From assembly GCA_029258835.1 (NCBI GenBank), contig JAPDJY010000042.1, positions 1 to 27,398 of the forward strand: 27,398 nt of DNA, given 5' to 3'. Positions 8,174-17,023 of the stretch are shown piece by piece (the stretch's first letter is position 1; every line of letters begins with the position of its first letter). A model generated the notes under the pieces. It was given only the letters and a program-made list of their open reading frames with translations. It made no database searches and was not told the DNA's origin. This stretch comes from Thermoproteota archaeon (GTDB taxonomy: Archaea; Asgardarchaeota; Jordiarchaeia; Jordiarchaeales; Freyrarchaeaceae). Position numbers and translations under genes: made by a program.

Positions 8174-9316
8174 GTGGTGTATGCGGGAATGGAGAGAGGG
8201 AAGGTGGGGAGAATTTTGCTTGAGGGAGTATGCTTGGCTGTAGCCGACGAGATAAGAGGGCCCATCTGCGTTTACAGTAAGGGTTTAAGCCAGAGGACGG
8301 CGGACAGGGTCACCATGAAGGCGCTCATAGGAACTATATCTGTTGGAACACGCTTGGAGGAGGAGGAAATAGCCATACTCCCCATGCAGGATGAGGGGAA
8401 AAGCGTTTTCTCGTACGTCTTCCCTTACAGGGACAGGACTGCAAGGGGAGGGTCGAGGATTCTCTCCTTAATCCTAGTCGCCGACAGGAAATATGCTGCT
8501 TTCCTTTACAGGTTTGCACCGCTCCTCTACGAGAAGACTAGGGCCGTCGCTGAGGAGGTGAAGGAGTACTATCAGCCACCCTTAACGTTCAGGGAGGAGG
8601 CGCTAAGAAAGCTGGACGAGCTGATGGAGATAGACGTGTCCGTTGTCACACCGCTGAAGCTTAAGGAGTACCTTATCCAGTCTTACCTTTCACGGTCTGA
8701 AGAGAGAAGGAGGGGGCTGCTGGAGAAGACTGCGAGCATAGCTAGGGGAGTTCTCCTCGGTGGGGAGAAAGTTGACCTAGTCGGACTGGACGGTAAAGGG
8801 AGCCCGATGTGGGTTATGATATCGGGGAACATCATTACAGGTGGTCCCGAGAAGCTTGTTGAAAGCTACAGGATAGTTAAAGAGCTCAGGGACATGTACC
8901 CAGGTATCGAGGCGTTCTTCGTTTTGGACGAGCTTAGATACACCGAACAGTTGATTCTGCCGGACATAGAGCTTGACAAGACGGCGAACATAGCCATAGG
9001 GTACGACTCGGATGGTAGGGTTCGCCTCATAGGTATGGGCGAGGACAGGAAGCTCCTCTGGACACTAATACCAGTAAACCCGGTGAGGGGCGTTGAGGAG
9101 CAGGAGGAGTTAAGGAGGAGGATGTACCGGATGAGGATGGATAACCCAACTCTTGAAGCAATCTTCATCCTCTGCGAGGTGTTCAAGGACACGGTCATAG
9201 AAATCCCGGAGGAAGTTCCAGAGGGAGGGGTCAGGATCACCCTAATAAAGAGGAAAATCGGCTTAAGGGAGAAGTATAGGAAGGTAATAGGAAAGCTGAA
9301 AGGAAAAAGGGGTTAG
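8174..9316 (+). CDS. uDENN/longin-like N-terminal domain (folliculin/NPR2-like) fused to two tandem 84-aa repeats
   Basis: VCLAVADEIRGP and FSYVFPYRDRTARGGSRILSLILV match the uDENN hallmarks (DxxxGP; D..ARG). Repeats start at LEKTASIARG (aa183) and LDKTANIAIG (aa267). Confidence 0.7.
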   Translation: MVYAGMERGKVGRILLEGVCLAVADEIRGPICVYSKGLSQRTADRVTMKALIGTISVGTRLEEEEIAILPMQDEGKSVFSYVFPYRDRTARGGSRILSLILVADRKYAAFLYRFAPLLYEKTRAVAEEVKEYYQPPLTFREEALRKLDELMEIDVSVVTPLKLKEYLIQSYLSRSEERRRGLLEKTASIARGVLLGGEKVDLVGLDGKGSPMWVMISGNIITGGPEKLVESYRIVKELRDMYPGIEAFFVLDELRYTEQLILPDIELDKTANIAIGYDSDGRVRLIGMGEDRKLLWTLIPVNPVRGVEEQEELRRRMYRMRMDNPTLEAIFILCEVFKDTVIEIPEEVPEGGVRITLIKRKIGLREKYRKVIGKLKGKRG

Positions 9317-9317
9317 T

Positions 9318-10436
9318 TTAATCTAGGATATGGACTGCTGAGGCTTTAAACGCTAGGTAAACTTTCTGTCCTAGGTCTAATCTGAGTTCTTCCACCGAAG
9401 CGCGTGTCGCCACGGCGTCCACCTGGATAGGGCCTGCAGACGCTGTAACCCTTACTAGAGGACCTTGGAAGGAGAGGTTGGCGATGGTGGCTTCTAAGAC
9501 GTTACGTGCGCTCGTCATGGGCTTACTCGTGGCTAAGATTACGTCTTCAGGCTTAACGAGCAAGTTGACTTGCTTTCCGATGGATAGGTCTCGCCTGTAG
9601 GGAGCCGAGATCAACACCCCATTAACGTTTACTTTGGTTACCCCACCTTCAGGGTTAAGGGATTCAACGTGGCCTGACAGGATGTTTCCAAGGTTCATGA
9701 AGGCCGCTACGAACGAGGTTTTAGGCTTCTCAAACACTTCTCTTACTTCCCCGAGCTGCTCTATAGTTCCGTTCCTCATGACGGCCACCTTGTCTGCCAA
9801 GAGACGGGCGTCCATCTGGTCGTGTGTCACGTACACCATGGTTACTCCTAGTTCCTTCTGCACCCTGAGGAGCTCGCTTCTAGCCGTGTTCCTAGTTTGA
9901 GCGTCCAAGTTACTTAGGGGTTCGTCTAGGAGCAAGACGGATGGCTCAACGACTAGTGCTCTGGCTAAGGAAACCCTCTGCTTCTCCCCTCCGCTGAGCG
10001 ATGAAGGCATTCTCCCCTCCAATCCCCTGAGGTTGAGGGCGTCCATCACCCTTTTAACTCTCCTTCTGGCTTCGTCCCCTTTAATCCCGCGAGCTCTAAG
10101 ACCGTAGGAGACGTTTTCGGCAACGGTCATGTGGGGGAACAGGGAGAAGTCTTGGAAAACCATGCCTATGTTCCTTTTCTCGGGTGGAAGATGGTCTATG
10201 CATTCACCGTTAAGGAACACTCTTCCTTCATCCTGCTTTATCAGCCCCGCAATCACGTTTAGGAGTGTTGTTTTGCCGCATCCGGTTGGGCCGAGGATCA
10301 CGAAGAATTCACCCTCGTCCACTTCGAAGCTTACATTTTTCAGAGCATGGAAGAACCTTCTCCGCCTGAGAAGGGTGTCTGTAAGGGAGGATGGGAGGGG
10401 AAACGACTTACTGATAGAGTCAACCCTAAGAGACAT
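9318..10436 (-). CDS. wtpC: Tungstate/molybdate ABC transporter ATP-binding subunit with C-terminal TOBE domains
   Basis: Walker A GPTGCGKT, signature LSGGEKQRV, Walker B LLLDEP, H-loop VTHD, TOBE-type SARNVL...FKASAVH; operonic with wtpAB. Confidence 0.85.
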   Translation of the reverse strand: MSLRVDSISKSFPLPSSLTDTLLRRRRFFHALKNVSFEVDEGEFFVILGPTGCGKTTLLNVIAGLIKQDEGRVFLNGECIDHLPPEKRNIGMVFQDFSLFPHMTVAENVSYGLRARGIKGDEARRRVKRVMDALNLRGLEGRMPSSLSGGEKQRVSLARALVVEPSVLLLDEPLSNLDAQTRNTARSELLRVQKELGVTMVYVTHDQMDARLLADKVAVMRNGTIEQLGEVREVFEKPKTSFVAAFMNLGNILSGHVESLNPEGGVTKVNVNGVLISAPYRRDLSIGKQVNLLVKPEDVILATSKPMTSARNVLEATIANLSFQGPLVRVTASAGPIQVDAVATRASVEELRLDLGQKVYLAFKASAVHILD

Positions 10437-10447
10437 GCTTCCTCCTC

Positions 10448-11362
10448 CTACTTTTCCACGAAGAACCTTACAGCCATTAAAACAGTGAAGGCTACCATTA
10501 AGAGTACTACGGCTGCAGCTATGCTCTGATAGATTCCTCCAGCCCAGAACTTCCAGTATATAGCCGTTGCCAGCGTGTAGCTTTGACCTGGAATGTTACT
10601 GGAGACCATTATTGTGGCGCCGAACTCCCCCATCGCTCTAGCCCACATCATGGCCCACCCTGCCACCAAACCCCTAGCCGACATGGGGAGGGTGACCGAG
10701 TAGAAGGCTCTGAAGGGTGAAGCACCCAAACTTCTAGCGGTTAACTCCATGCTTTCAGGCACCGCTTCAAATGATGCGATGGCTGTCCGCGCGAAGAACG
10801 GGAAGGAGACGAACGTCTGAGCCAGTATTATCCCCCGCCAAGTGAATATTATATCCCAGCCGTTCCGAGCTAGGATGGAGCCTAGAGGAGTGTTTGGCCC
10901 AAGAAAGAGGATGAGGCTTATCCCTGCAACTGTTGGTGGAAGCACCATTGGAAGCTCTATGAGAGTCTTTAACGTTTCCTTCCCCGGGAAGTTGTAGCGT
11001 GCCATGACGTATGCTAGGGGGAGACCGAAGCAAACACCTATGGCGCTCGATATGGCTGTTGTCACGAGGCTCACTCTTATGGCGCTCACTATCACTTCGT
11101 CTTGGAACGCTAAGAGGACTGGGTGTCCCATGTAGCCTTGAAGCTCCGTCCATACCGCTCTAACATCCTGGCTTGCAAATAGGTTGTAGAGGCGTACTAG
11201 CCTTCCCGGGTCAGCGTATGACGGGTTGAAGGTGGAGTAGACTAGGGCTCCAAGCGGGGAAACGAGGAACCCGAATAGGAAGGATAATCCTAGGAGGAAT
11301 GCGAGCAACGTGAACGGCGAAACTCCGCCAAGAAACATTTTACTTTTTCTAACGGCTTCCAC
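10448..11362 (-). CDS. wtpB: Tungstate/molybdate ABC transporter permease
   Basis: FPGK...LIELPMVLPPTVAG, EAA-like ELTARSLGAS, WARAMGEFGAT are ModB/WtpB motifs. Confidence 0.85.
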   Translation of the reverse strand: MEAVRKSKMFLGGVSPFTLLAFLLGLSFLFGFLVSPLGALVYSTFNPSYADPGRLVRLYNLFASQDVRAVWTELQGYMGHPVLLAFQDEVIVSAIRVSLVTTAISSAIGVCFGLPLAYVMARYNFPGKETLKTLIELPMVLPPTVAGISLILFLGPNTPLGSILARNGWDIIFTWRGIILAQTFVSFPFFARTAIASFEAVPESMELTARSLGASPFRAFYSVTLPMSARGLVAGWAMMWARAMGEFGATIMVSSNIPGQSYTLATAIYWKFWAGGIYQSIAAAVVLLMVAFTVLMAVRFFVEK

Positions 11363-11375
11363 GCCTTAACACCTC

Positions 11376-12431
11376 CTACGCACTACATACTTCTCTTATC
11401 TGAGGAGGTGCAGCGTTAACCTCGCCTTTAAGCATGGGAGGAGAAACCACAGGCTGCCCATTACCCTCTATGATAGACAACCCATCGGTTAGGACGAACT
11501 GAAGGAACGTGACGGCCCAGTAGTAGTTTTCAGCGGTGTTTGGTATGGAGACAGCGTACGATATGGATGAACCACGGTAGGTTTTCCCGCTTTCAGTTGT
11601 GATCGTGAAGCGGGAGTACCACTGGTTATACTTCTCTGATGGGTCGCCGAGGCTCACGTTCTTGGGGAGCCGTATGTAGTCTAGCCCGAACTGCTCTGCT
11701 AGTGAAAGGTATGTCCAGCCTGCGTCGAGCTGACCGGTCTGCAGGGCGACCATGAGGTCGAACTCCTTCTCCGACACGACCATGTTACCTGGCTTAGCAC
11801 GGTATAACGTGTTGATCAGTCCAGACTCAGGGTAGCCGGGAAACTCGTCCTTGTGTTCAGGGTAGTATGTGTCGCATATGTTAAATACGATTAATGTTCT
11901 GTATCCGCACGGGTCATTGTCGGGGTTTGCTCTCCCCCACCTCTTCACCTGGCTTGGATCCGCCAGCTTCCAGTACCAGTTTTTCTCGTCGAGCCCAGCA
12001 GGGTTCCCCGGGGCTAGGGCTAGGACTATTTCGTTCCTAGCGAAGATAACCCACCAGTCACAGTACTTCCTTAAAGAGTTTGGAGCGTAGCTTCCCGCGA
12101 GCTCATTTTCTATCACCTTATAGTCGGAGACGAAGATCAGGTCGCATCGTTCTCCAGCCTTCACGAGTCGGGCGCATGCTAGGGAGCCGTGTGCTGAAAC
12201 GTGCACGTTGACGTATGGATACTTGGCTTTAAATGAGTCAGCAAGCTGAGTCATTATCTTTGTTAGGCTACCAGCGCAGAGTACGTCTATATCGGTTTGT
12301 TCTTGAAGGCTCCCCCAGATGGATGATTCTTGGACGTAGAAGCCGTAGGATCCTCCGAGAATTAGGATTGACAGTATGAGTAGCAGAGCTATGGCGGATT
12401 TTAACTCCGACCCTAACATTTCTACTCCCAC
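11376..12431 (-). CDS. wtpA: Tungstate/molybdate ABC transporter substrate-binding protein (WtpA family)
   Basis: N-terminal TM anchor; AGSL, GS..CAR, SDY, NDPCGYRT, E-x-E, WTYLSLA are WtpA-type ligand motifs. Start may instead be ATG 12419. Confidence 0.85.
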   Translation of the reverse strand: MGVEMLGSELKSAIALLLILSILILGGSYGFYVQESSIWGSLQEQTDIDVLCAGSLTKIMTQLADSFKAKYPYVNVHVSAHGSLACARLVKAGERCDLIFVSDYKVIENELAGSYAPNSLRKYCDWWVIFARNEIVLALAPGNPAGLDEKNWYWKLADPSQVKRWGRANPDNDPCGYRTLIVFNICDTYYPEHKDEFPGYPESGLINTLYRAKPGNMVVSEKEFDLMVALQTGQLDAGWTYLSLAEQFGLDYIRLPKNVSLGDPSEKYNQWYSRFTITTESGKTYRGSSISYAVSIPNTAENYYWAVTFLQFVLTDGLSIIEGNGQPVVSPPMLKGEVNAAPPQIREVCSA

Positions 12432-12472
12432 CGTTATGTACGGATGGTTATATCGGGAGCAATATATAAAAG
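12432..12472 (-). promoter_or_regulatory. wtpABC promoter: TATA box (about 12462-12471) and ModE-type operator CGTTATGTA-N6-GTTATATCG (12432-12455)
   Basis: Matches the ModE consensus CGnTATATA-N6-TATATAnCG with 3 mismatches and overlaps the predicted transcription start. Confidence 0.6.
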
Positions 12473-12539
12473 TTTCCCCTTAGACTATGGATAACGACGC
12501 AATTTCCTCCCTACCCTCATGTTAAAAGGTAAGAGGAGG

Positions 12540-14432
12540 TCAGAGTTCGTGTACTCTTTCTTCTTCGATTTTTTCGAGTAGTTTTATGAGGGCTTCGCAT
12601 GACTGCCTTCTGAGGCGGCATAGGAGGGTTAGCTCGTGGGCTTTCAGGATGTCAGACCTGGTTATGATCCCCAGTAGCTTTGACGGGTCTCCCCTGTCAA
12701 CCACCGGAAGCCTCCCAACATCATGCTCAACCATCTTATCAAGCGCCTGCTTAACAGTCTCATCAGGATACGCCACGATCAGATTCCTGGTTGCGATGTC
12801 TCTTACCCTGTATTCCTCTTTCCCCTCTTCGACCGCCCTGATCACGTCTCTAAAAGTAACTATTCCAAATAGTTTCTTGTCGTTGGTGACCACGGGATAC
12901 CCTGTGTGCCCTGTCTTCTCTATGAGTTCCAACACTTGGAAAACGTACATGTCGGGGCTTACCGTAGAGACGTCTGTACGCATTATTTCCCCAACTTTCA
13001 AGTAGTCGAGGATGTCCTTTCTTACCTCAAGGGATACGTCTATTCCTTTCCTGAAGAGGCTTATGGTGTACATGCTTTCCTTCATGAAAAGGCGGCTTAT
13101 GAAGTAGCTTGTAACGCAGGCTGCTGTTAATGGGATAAGCATTATGTAGTTTCTCGTCATCTCTGTGACCATTATAATGCCTGTTAGAGGCGCCCTGCAC
13201 GCTGAGGCCAGCATTGCAGCCATCCCAACGACGGCATAGAGGGTTGAGTCGGATACTAACGAGGGAGCAATGGCGTTTAGTATTAGTCCGAATGCCCCGC
13301 CGAACATGGCTCCGATGAACATGGATGGTATGAACACTCCTCCACTCCCTCCGCTGCCGAGTGTTATGCCGCAGGTGATTATTTTCAGGATTCCTATGAG
13401 GAGGAGCATTTCAACGGCTATTCTCCCCGAGAATGCATTTTTAATAACCCATATACCTTCGCCTCCGACATGCGGGAGGAAGTATATTATAAGGCCTACG
13501 AGGGCGCCGCCCAGAACCGGCTTCAAGTAGCCGGATAGGTTTATGCGCATGAATATATCGTCTATCGTGTAGAACCCTTTAATCCAGAGGATGCTTAGTA
13601 AGCCTATTATGTTGCCTAGGAGGAAGCAGAGGAGTATTTCATGGTAGTGGTAGATGAATGGGGGTGGCCTAAAGAGGGGGGAGTCGCCTAGTATTACGGT
13701 GCTTACCGTTGTGGCCACAACTGATGATAGAAGCACGGGTATAACGGCTGGAAACTCGAAACCTTGGTAAACTACTTCGAGGCCGAAGAGGGCGCCGCCA
13801 ATTGGGGCATTAAATATAGCGCTGAGGCCGGCCGCAGCACCGCATACGACGAGAAGCTTTTTGTGTTCAGTGTCCAATTTGAACAGTCTTGCAACTATCG
13901 AGGCTAATCCAGCCGAGATTTGCACTATTGGCCCCTCACTCCCCGCACTCCCCCCGGAGGCTAAAGTGATCGATGACGCAAGGGTCGTCGTAAATGGAAC
14001 CCTGCTCCTTATGTCTCCCGTCCCAATGGACACTGCCTCCATAACCTCAGCTACCCCGTCGTGACCCTTCGACTCCGGCGCAAACTTGTACGTCAAAAAG
14101 CCAACCATTAATCCGCCGATTGCTGGCAGCGCAATCACCCAGTAACGGCCGAGTGTCTGAGGGATAAGCATGAAGATGTCGGTGAAGAACTCCACTAGAT
14201 GGCGGAAGACGACTGCGCTGACACCGCCTAGTATGCCAACGATGACGGAGAGGAGGAAGACTGTAAGGCGAAGGCGGAAAATCTCTGATCTAAACATGTT
14301 TCTAAAGGAGCGAAGTCTGGAGTGAAGGAGGGCGAGTTCATTCTTCATTTTCCTAACTACCTGGGTGTGTGGCAACCCTCTTGAAGTGCTGTCTTCTTGT
14401 TTGCTGTCATCGTAGCCACCGCCGGAGCTCAA
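12540..14432 (-). CDS. CLC-family chloride channel/transporter with a C-terminal CBS pair (paralog 1)
   Basis: GSAGSEGP (gating Glu), FNAPIGG..F.LEV, GGSGGVFIP, ESMY, two CBS domains. Confidence 0.95.
   Translation of the reverse strand: MSSGGGYDDSKQEDSTSRGLPHTQVVRKMKNELALLHSRLRSFRNMFRSEIFRLRLTVFLLSVIVGILGGVSAVVFRHLVEFFTDIFMLIPQTLGRYWVIALPAIGGLMVGFLTYKFAPESKGHDGVAEVMEAVSIGTGDIRSRVPFTTTLASSITLASGGSAGSEGPIVQISAGLASIVARLFKLDTEHKKLLVVCGAAAGLSAIFNAPIGGALFGLEVVYQGFEFPAVIPVLLSSVVATTVSTVILGDSPLFRPPPFIYHYHEILLCFLLGNIIGLLSILWIKGFYTIDDIFMRINLSGYLKPVLGGALVGLIIYFLPHVGGEGIWVIKNAFSGRIAVEMLLLIGILKIITCGITLGSGGSGGVFIPSMFIGAMFGGAFGLILNAIAPSLVSDSTLYAVVGMAAMLASACRAPLTGIIMVTEMTRNYIMLIPLTAACVTSYFISRLFMKESMYTISLFRKGIDVSLEVRKDILDYLKVGEIMRTDVSTVSPDMYVFQVLELIEKTGHTGYPVVTNDKKLFGIVTFRDVIRAVEEGKEEYRVRDIATRNLIVAYPDETVKQALDKMVEHDVGRLPVVDRGDPSKLLGIITRSDILKAHELTLLCRLRRQSCEALIKLLEKIEEERVHEL
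12542..12782. repeat. 241-bp perfect direct repeat, copy 1 (3' end of CLC paralog 1)
   Basis: Identical by eye to 14725-14965. Confidence 0.9.
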
Positions 14433-14722
14433 GGAAACCCCTCACCTACATTGTTTAAACTGAAGTCGGCAACAGGCCTCTTCAAAACATGTGAATGACT
14501 GGAAAGTTGATGTTTTTATTTTTTTATTATCCTTTTCATTAATTTCAGGTCATTTTGGCTTCTAAACCATAAAAATTTAGTGAAGGAAAAATTTGAAAGT
14601 ATAGAGCGTAGTCGGACAGGAAGGGCTAGAGGGATTAAAGGGGAGGGATAACTTAGTCATCCGGGATTTTAAAGGGATGATGATTAAAAGCTCATTATTT
14701 AGGCGAAAGTGGGCTGTTGATC

Positions 14723-16657
14723 CTAGAGTTCGTGTACTCTTTCTTCTTCGATTTTTTCGAGTAGTTTTATGAGGGCTTCGCATGACTGCCTTCTGAGGCG
14801 GCATAGGAGGGTTAGCTCGTGGGCTTTCAGGATGTCAGACCTGGTTATGATCCCCAGTAGCTTTGACGGGTCTCCCCTGTCAACCACCGGAAGCCTCCCA
14901 ACATCATGCTCAACCATCTTATCAAGCGCCTGCTTAACAGTCTCATCAGGATACGCCACGATCAGGTTTTCTGTAGCTATGGTTCCTATCCTTTCTTCTT
15001 CTTTACCTTCTTCTACTGCTGTTATCATGTCGTTAAACGTCACTATTCCTACTAGCTTCCCCTTGTTGACTACTGGGAAGCCTGAATGGTGTGTTCGCTC
15101 TGCAAGTTCCAGCGCTTGGAAGACATACATGTCAGGCGTTATGGTGATAACGTTTTTCTGCATTACTTCTCCCACTCTTATGTAGTCTAACAGGTCCCTC
15201 CTCGATTCGAGGTATATGTCTATTCCCTTCTTGAAGAACCTCATGGTGTATATGCTCTCCTTCATGAAGATCCTGCTGACGATGTAGCTTGAGACGCAGG
15301 CAGCCATCAGGGGAAGTATCAGGTGGTAGTTGCCGGTCATTTCCATGACCATCACTATCGCAGTTAGGGGGGCGCGGGCTGACGCTGCGAAGCACGCTGC
15401 CATTCCAACCAAGGCGTATGCCATCGGCTCGAAGCCAATGTAAGGGTGTAATAGTGAGAGATACGGTTGCAGGAATGGGAAAAGCGAGTTCAGGGTCATT
15501 TTGAAGTATAATTTAGTTAGTGGTAGAGTGAATGCTAGGGGGCCTGCAGAGGACTCGAAGAGCACCCAGCTGAGGGATAGGCCGTAGGCTCCGCCGAACA
15601 TTGCCCCTATGAAGAGGGAGGGCGAGTACACCCCCCCGCTGCCTCCGCTGCCGAGGGTGAGGGACGTGGCAAGCATTTTAAGGAACGCTAGGGCAAGGAG
15701 AAGGAGGAGAGGAAACCTTCCTGCAAAAGCGTCCTCCATTACGGAGTATCCGCCACCTAAGATTTGGGGGAAACCAACTGCTATTGCGCCCACTAGGAGG
15801 CCACCGATGGCCGGTTTTGCGTAGGGTGTTACGTTAAGCCTGTCAAAAATTCCTTCGACAAGGTAGAAGTGCTTCACCCAAATGACGCTGGCAGCTCCGA
15901 GTAGGAGTCCAAGCACGAGGAAGAAGAGGAGTTCCCACGAGTTTGAGAGAGTAAAGGATGGGAGCTCAACTATGGGTTCATTACCCATTATGATCCTGCT
16001 CACGGCTGTTGCTATGACAGAGGATAGCACGACTGGTACCACGGCTACCGCTTCTATTCCGCCGTAGACGACCTCTAGGGCAAACAGGACTCCTCCTATG
16101 GGAGCGTTGAATATTGCGCTTATACCTGCTGCGACGCCGCAGACAACTAGGAGCTTCCTGTGCTCGCTGTCAAGCTTGAATGATTTGGCGATCACCGATG
16201 CCAGCCCGGCGGAGATCTGAGCGATTGGACCTTCGCTGCCGGCGCTCCCCCCCGACCCGATGGTTACTCCTGAAGCTAAGGTTTTTACTATTGGAACGCG
16301 GGCCCTGATTTCTCCTCCCTTAAGGGCTACGGCTTCCATTATCTCTGGCACGCCGTGGCCTTTAGCTTCCCTTGCAAACCTGAAGACTAGGAGGCCGGCT
16401 ATGAGCCCCCCAGCGGCGGGCATGAGAACTATGAATGCTGAGCCAAGGCAGTCCGGGAGGTATGTGAAGAGGTCTTCGAGGACGCTGGTTAAATGTCTGA
16501 ATGCTACGGCGCTGAGGCCTCCAATCACGCCTACAGCAGCTGAAAGGAGGATTATAAGGAGCCTAAGCTGTGATGGTCGCGATATGAAAGTCTTTACCTT
16601 CCGCCTCCTCCCTTCCCTACTTTTTCTAATGCGGTTTGCCAGCTTAGCGGTGTACAA
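14723..16657 (-). CDS. CLC-family chloride channel/transporter with a C-terminal CBS pair (paralog 2)
   Basis: GHGVPE, GSAGSEGP, FNAPIGGVLFALEV, GGSGGVYSP, ESIY, CBS pair. Confidence 0.95.
   Translation of the reverse strand: MYTAKLANRIRKSREGRRRKVKTFISRPSQLRLLIILLSAAVGVIGGLSAVAFRHLTSVLEDLFTYLPDCLGSAFIVLMPAAGGLIAGLLVFRFAREAKGHGVPEIMEAVALKGGEIRARVPIVKTLASGVTIGSGGSAGSEGPIAQISAGLASVIAKSFKLDSEHRKLLVVCGVAAGISAIFNAPIGGVLFALEVVYGGIEAVAVVPVVLSSVIATAVSRIIMGNEPIVELPSFTLSNSWELLFFLVLGLLLGAASVIWVKHFYLVEGIFDRLNVTPYAKPAIGGLLVGAIAVGFPQILGGGYSVMEDAFAGRFPLLLLLALAFLKMLATSLTLGSGGSGGVYSPSLFIGAMFGGAYGLSLSWVLFESSAGPLAFTLPLTKLYFKMTLNSLFPFLQPYLSLLHPYIGFEPMAYALVGMAACFAASARAPLTAIVMVMEMTGNYHLILPLMAACVSSYIVSRIFMKESIYTMRFFKKGIDIYLESRRDLLDYIRVGEVMQKNVITITPDMYVFQALELAERTHHSGFPVVNKGKLVGIVTFNDMITAVEEGKEEERIGTIATENLIVAYPDETVKQALDKMVEHDVGRLPVVDRGDPSKLLGIITRSDILKAHELTLLCRLRRQSCEALIKLLEKIEEERVHEL
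14725..14965. repeat. 241-bp perfect direct repeat, copy 2 (3' end of CLC paralog 2)
   Basis: Identical by eye to 12542-12782; offset 2183 bp. Confidence 0.9.
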
Positions 16658-17023
16658 TGAGCAGACGCTTCTAGCCGACTTCCACCATGCCCCGTTCCTG
16701 AGCCTTATGATATGAGCCCCCTTTTATTCCACGATGATTATTTTTCTCTAAAACTTTCTTCCTTTTTTAAATCTTCATTTAACTAGTAGAAGTTGTAGGT
16801 ATTCCCTTAAGGCTTTCTCTTTTAATTTTTCAAACATTATTCTTATTGCTAAAGGTAATATTTAATAAAATAAAGATTATTCTTTCTCCTCCAAGGTAAG
16901 GTATAACTGGCGGGTGGACGCTCCCGGAGGCACCCTAAACAGTTTAGACGTCAGAAACGTTACATGATGTTTTTATTTGAGGTTAGAAGACGTAAATATG
17001 CGTAGTTTTATTTTGGATGAGTT

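Noticed and set aside
12540-12554. C-terminal RVHEL of both CLCs as an HDEL/KDEL-like retention signal
   Set aside because: It is not a true match and lies on the cytoplasmic CBS side.
16658-17023. Fluoride riboswitch or CLC-F exporter
   Set aside because: No crcB-motif consensus is seen upstream, and the proteins lack the CLC-F signatures GNNLI and GREGT.
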